Virus record (IMG/VR): IMGVR_UViG_3300049482_000116
Span: 4,142 to 68,141 of that record
Source of the DNA: a virus
DNA: 64,000 bases
Reading direction: 5' to 3' (one strand)
The position numbers and the translations under genes are program-made. Below are positions 60,195-64,000 of this stretch, in pieces. The notes under the pieces are model-generated. The model saw nothing but the letters and a program-made list of their open reading frames with translations. It did no database searches and had not been told where the DNA came from. Position 1 is the first letter of the stretch. The number at the start of each line of letters is the position of its first letter.

Positions 60195-60932
60195 TTGGAT
60201 AATTTCTCTTCTATCTTTCAGACGAACGTCCGAATCCATAATATGGACCCAATGCATAAAGACGCGTTGTGGCCAAAAAATACCGAAATATGTATTACAA
60301 GAGTTCCAATTCGTAAACGGGACGGCTTTGATGCAACTCAGTTTCAAGAGTTTGCTAAAAAACTAAAAAACTCCATGATTCCCAATGGAATTGTGTTTCT
60401 TATCTGTTATGCTCCTATCGAAGCTAAGTGGCGTCCATTTGAGATAGCTAAGATGATGGTAGATGCCGGATTCAATCATATAGACAATATCATTATCAAG
60501 AAGACCTGGTTTCCGGGTAAAAGATCAGAGAGTAACTTAGTTAACTCTCATGAATACGTATTACATTTTTGTAACGGCGATATCTGGAAGCTAGATCGCT
60601 TACCTGTTAGAGAATACTTAAAAACCGAAGATGAGACATCTTGTCCAGGTAATACTTGGGAAATTGAAACCGGATCTCTGGACGAAGCTTATCCAGTTGA
60701 CTTAGCAGAGTTACTTATTCGTATGACTGACTGTTTACCAGGTTCAGTGATCTTTGATCCTCACTGTGGCGGTACAGGTTCACTTAGAGCGGCGCTTAAA
60801 CTTGGACATAGTTTTTTTGGTTTTGAGAATGACCCTAAGCAAATTAAGAAGTACGAAAAAGTAGTAAAAGAATACAACAAAGAGATGGATAACGCTGTCA
60901 AACGACACAAATCAACGAAAGGTAAAAAATAA
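60195..60932 (+). CDS. N6/N4 DNA methyltransferase-like protein (beta class), degenerate catalytic motif
   Basis: TTG start with AGGAG; HEYVLHF, YPVDLAELLI, IFDPHCGGTG..AALKLG..F.G.E; no DPPY/SPPY. Confidence 0.7.
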   Translation: MDNFSSIFQTNVRIHNMDPMHKDALWPKNTEICITRVPIRKRDGFDATQFQEFAKKLKNSMIPNGIVFLICYAPIEAKWRPFEIAKMMVDAGFNHIDNIIIKKTWFPGKRSESNLVNSHEYVLHFCNGDIWKLDRLPVREYLKTEDETSCPGNTWEIETGSLDEAYPVDLAELLIRMTDCLPGSVIFDPHCGGTGSLRAALKLGHSFFGFENDPKQIKKYEKVVKEYNKEMDNAVKRHKSTKGKK

Positions 60933-62668
60933 TGTCAATTTACGAAAAAAGTAAAGCGAAAAGTATCACTGTTGATAGAGTTAAACTTAAAGATATTGTA
61001 AATAATACTCTTAATGATATGGCAGGAGTTGTTGGTGCTACTTTAGGTCCTGGCGGTAGAGCTGTTCTTATTGAGCGCGATGGTTTATCTCCCTTAGTAA
61101 CTAAGGATGGGGTTACAGTTGCAAGATCTTTAGGAGTAGCTAATGCAGAAGCTAACATCATCATGGAGTCTGCCAAGGAGATCTGTTTACGTACTGCAAA
61201 ACAGGCAGGTGATGGAACGACTTCGGCTATCATACTTGCTAATGCTATTACACGTCATGGTAATGCCTTTCTTGAAGCAAACCCTAAATACAACCCTCAG
61301 AGAATGGTTAATGAGCTGAATTCTCTATACAACACCATCATTATTCCGTTCTTGAAAGATAATGCTAAACCAGTAAAGGAACGTCATGAACTTATCAATG
61401 TTGCTACTATTTCAGCTAACGGTGATTCTATTATCGCTAAGGCGGCTGTTGACGCTGTAATTGCAGCTGGAGAAGATGGCCAGGTTCTTATCGAGGAAGC
61501 AGATACAGCTGATATTCGCGTCGAGACAATTGATGGTTGTGTTGTTACAACTGGTCTTAAAGATCTTGGTTCCTTAGGTCTAGCATTTATTAATGATCGT
61601 TCAGGTCAGCAAGCTAAAATGGACAACGGACTTATCTTCCTGTATGACGGTACTATGAACGACCTTAAGGTTCCTGCTGCTATCCAACAAGCAATTGAAA
61701 GCACAGATTTATATGGTCGTCCTATCATTGTATTTGCTCATGGTTTTTCAGATACTGTGATGGACAAGTTTGCAAAGACTACAAAAGGTGGCTATACAGT
61801 AATTCCTATTAAGACACCGCTTGGTGGAATTGCAAACTCACGTTCAATGTTTTTACAGGATATGGCTGCTTATTCTGGAGGCATTGTGCACGATCCAGGT
61901 ACTTTAGATGCCTGGATTACAGATGAAGAACGCGAAGATCTCGATGGTTTTGGTACATTTGAAACCGCTAAAGTCACTCTATATGAGACATTTATTACTT
62001 CTGAAGTTGATTCAGACCGACTTGATACTCGCATTAAAGAACTTAAGGCAATCATGCAGGTTGCTCCAAACGATAGGGAGAAGATGTTCGTTAAGGCAGC
62101 AATCAGTAAACTTACTGGTGGCGTATCAACTATCTGGGTAGGCGGAGGATCTGAATTAGAGGCTCGTGAAAAGAAGGCCAGAGTAGAAGATGCTGTTGAA
62201 GCTGTTAGATCTGCTATAGCCGAAGGTATTATTCCTGGTGGCTGCGGTGTTCATCTCGTTCTTTCAGATATCATTGCTAAACATAAAGACTCTTCTCCAA
62301 GTTGGATCATTATGGTAAATGCATTAAGAGCACCATTTGAGATGTTGCTATCTAACTGCGGAGAAGACTTTGGTGACATATGGAACGTTCTTCAACCTTT
62401 TATCGTTGGTCAAACTGTTCCACCTAAATGTATCTTTGATGCTAATGCTCATAAAATTGTAGATGCATATCAAGCTGGTATTATTGAACCGGCAAAGGTA
62501 TGCCGTGTAAGTCTTGGAAATGCACTATCAGTAGCATCTCTATTAATCACTCTGGGCGGTATAGTCGTAACTCCACGCGATTTCAGTCTTGAGAATCAGT
62601 TAGCTTTAAGTCGCGACGCATTTAAGTCAATGATGGACCCGAATAGCGGCTTTATGGGCCAGGAGTAA
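60932..62668 (+). CDS. groEL: phage chaperonin, GroEL family
   Basis: TLGPGG, TKDGVTVA, AGDGTTS, VEDA..A.RSA..EGIIPGG motifs. Confidence 0.93.
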   Translation: MSIYEKSKAKSITVDRVKLKDIVNNTLNDMAGVVGATLGPGGRAVLIERDGLSPLVTKDGVTVARSLGVANAEANIIMESAKEICLRTAKQAGDGTTSAIILANAITRHGNAFLEANPKYNPQRMVNELNSLYNTIIIPFLKDNAKPVKERHELINVATISANGDSIIAKAAVDAVIAAGEDGQVLIEEADTADIRVETIDGCVVTTGLKDLGSLGLAFINDRSGQQAKMDNGLIFLYDGTMNDLKVPAAIQQAIESTDLYGRPIIVFAHGFSDTVMDKFAKTTKGGYTVIPIKTPLGGIANSRSMFLQDMAAYSGGIVHDPGTLDAWITDEEREDLDGFGTFETAKVTLYETFITSEVDSDRLDTRIKELKAIMQVAPNDREKMFVKAAISKLTGGVSTIWVGGGSELEAREKKARVEDAVEAVRSAIAEGIIPGGCGVHLVLSDIIAKHKDSSPSWIIMVNALRAPFEMLLSNCGEDFGDIWNVLQPFIVGQTVPPKCIFDANAHKIVDAYQAGIIEPAKVCRVSLGNALSVASLLITLGGIVVTPRDFSLENQLALSRDAFKSMMDPNSGFMGQE

Positions 62669-62670
62669 GT

Positions 62671-63381
62671 ATGTGGGAAAAGATAAAAACTACTGTCGAA
62701 GGCAGTAAGGTGATTCAATTTGTTCTTGTACTTTTATTAGGTATAGCAATTGGGGCCATTTTCTATCCAACTAAAAAAATTGAAGAGCGTGAGCGCCAAA
62801 AACATGAACTCGAGACTAAGACATTAAACGAACAACATACAAAAGAGCTGTCTCAAGCTCGAGATGTACTTGATAAAGTTACTAGTGAGTATAAGTATAA
62901 ACTTACAGAAACTGAGAAGAAAGTTACTAAACTTACTACAGAAAACACAACGCTTAAGACATCAAATAAGACTGCATATTACAAAATTGTTAGACCAGAC
63001 GGAACAATTGAAATTAAAAAGTTCACAGAAACCCAAGTTGATGAATCAAAGCAGATCATAACTTCAATTCAAGAAGAGTTCAAACAAAAAGTGGCTTCTA
63101 TTGAGGCTAAGTGGGAATCAGTACATAAAGAGCGTGTTCAAGCTTTACAAAAAGAGTTTTCCTCTAAAGAGCAGACCTATAAACATCAAATTGATGAGCT
63201 AGAGAAATCTAAAGTTGTTGAAATTAATAAGAAGAGTTTTGGGATCGAAGCTGGACTTCTTACAAGTGGAAACTATTATGGTCATGTTACCTACGACCTC
63301 TTTGGTCCTATTTTCTTAGGTCTACACTCTCAATTCGGTGGCTCAACCTCTGGCGGTGCCGGCCTAGGTCTTCGTTTTTAA
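62671..63381 (+). CDS. membrane-anchored coiled-coil protein with C-terminal beta strands
   Basis: TM segment VIQFVLVLLLGIAIGAIFY; long coiled coil; amphipathic strands ending GLGLRF. Confidence 0.65.
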   Translation: MWEKIKTTVEGSKVIQFVLVLLLGIAIGAIFYPTKKIEERERQKHELETKTLNEQHTKELSQARDVLDKVTSEYKYKLTETEKKVTKLTTENTTLKTSNKTAYYKIVRPDGTIEIKKFTETQVDESKQIITSIQEEFKQKVASIEAKWESVHKERVQALQKEFSSKEQTYKHQIDELEKSKVVEINKKSFGIEAGLLTSGNYYGHVTYDLFGPIFLGLHSQFGGSTSGGAGLGLRF

Positions 63382-63408
63382 GTATAATCTTCCGCATGGG
63401 AGATTTAT

Positions 63409-63756
63409 ATGCCGAAATATAGATTCGTTTGCAATTCTTGTCAAAGAGAAATTACCCTCTACGCATCTAAAGATACCCATTGCCTACCCTGTAATCTGTG
63501 TCCTGGACATATGGGGCGTCAACTACCGTCTGCAGGAAGTCAAGCTGTTTCTGAAGTTATTGATGATTTTACTGGCACTAAGCGGGATCAAAATCACAAT
63601 CTAGATACTAAGGCTAGACGCGAGCAACATTACTGGGAAGTAGAAGTCCCTAGATTTATTGAAACATATTCTACTCAAACTTGTCTTGAAGAAGGGTGGC
63701 TCGTCTATAATGAAAAAGGCGATCTAGTCATTAATAAACCACCGAGCAAACGATGA
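63409..63756 (+). CDS. FmdB-like zinc-ribbon protein
   Basis: MPKYRFVCNSC...CNLC..MGR pattern; GGAG SD; TATAAT at 63383. Confidence 0.7.
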   Translation: MPKYRFVCNSCQREITLYASKDTHCLPCNLCPGHMGRQLPSAGSQAVSEVIDDFTGTKRDQNHNLDTKARREQHYWEVEVPRFIETYSTQTCLEEGWLVYNEKGDLVINKPPSKR

Positions 63757-64000
63757 AAATTCTAAAAGTCAAGATAAACAACATTCTCAGTATAGAGAAT
63801 GCTGAAGTAACATTTGATGATACTGGCTTAATGCTGGTCAAAGGTTGGGATCATGATAACGGAAGAGCAAATGGAGCAGGCAAGACAGCAATTTTCAATG
63901 CAATTAGCTTCGCTTTGTATGATAAACTGCCTAGAAAAGTTACTGCAACGGAGATTCTACGTAGGGGATCTAAAACGGGATCAGTGGAAGTTGAGTTGGC
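63753..64000 (+). CDS. SbcC/gp46-like ABC ATPase (recombination nuclease subunit), partial
   Basis: Manual translation MKILKVKINNILSI...NGAGKTAIFNAISFALY with Walker A; runs off window. Confidence 0.85.
   Translation, partial: MKILKVKINNILSIENAEVTFDDTGLMLVKGWDHDNGRANGAGKTAIFNAISFALYDKLPRKVTATEILRRGSKTGSVEVEL

Noticed and set aside
1246-63756. Window-wide TAG reassignment (genetic code 15)
   Set aside because: Coding density is already near complete in code 11, multi-kb genes contain no in-frame TAG, and several TAG stops are followed by TAA within 1-3 codons
1-64000. CRISPR array, rRNA, IS elements, inteins or introns
   Set aside because: No regularly spaced repeats, transposase motifs, intein splice motifs or interrupted core genes were seen by eye

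Overview
This 64 kb window is part of a large contractile-tailed (myovirus-like, probably jumbo) bacteriophage genome. The + strand from 1246 to 52385 is a virion module: neck-region proteins, a Nudix-domain protein, tail sheath, three tail-tube paralogs, chaperones, tape measure, baseplate proteins including a 2365-aa baseplate-J, and six or more large fibre proteins. Two HNH endonuclease genes are inserted in this module. After it come a - strand primase/DnaB-like helicase block and a + strand block with an SF2 helicase, GH24 lysozyme, a PTH2-like peptidyl-tRNA hydrolase, a tRNA, dUTPase, a degenerate DNA methyltransferase, GroEL and the start of an SbcC/gp46-like ATPase. The most striking locus is 56.6-58.2 kb. 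It holds a tRNA with a CUA (amber-suppressor) anticodon, a PTH2-like gene, and two tandem amber-interrupted minigenes whose translation could open a hairpin hiding the operon's Shine-Dalgarno site. The upstream lysozyme is also flanked by in-frame TAG codons. Long genes are open without TAG reassignment, so suppression looks regulatory rather than a change of genetic code. A 139-nt tRNA-like structured RNA (55075-55213) and a recurrent -10-type promoter motif suggesting leaderless transcripts are also visible. All family assignments come from motif recognition by eye; no searches were run.
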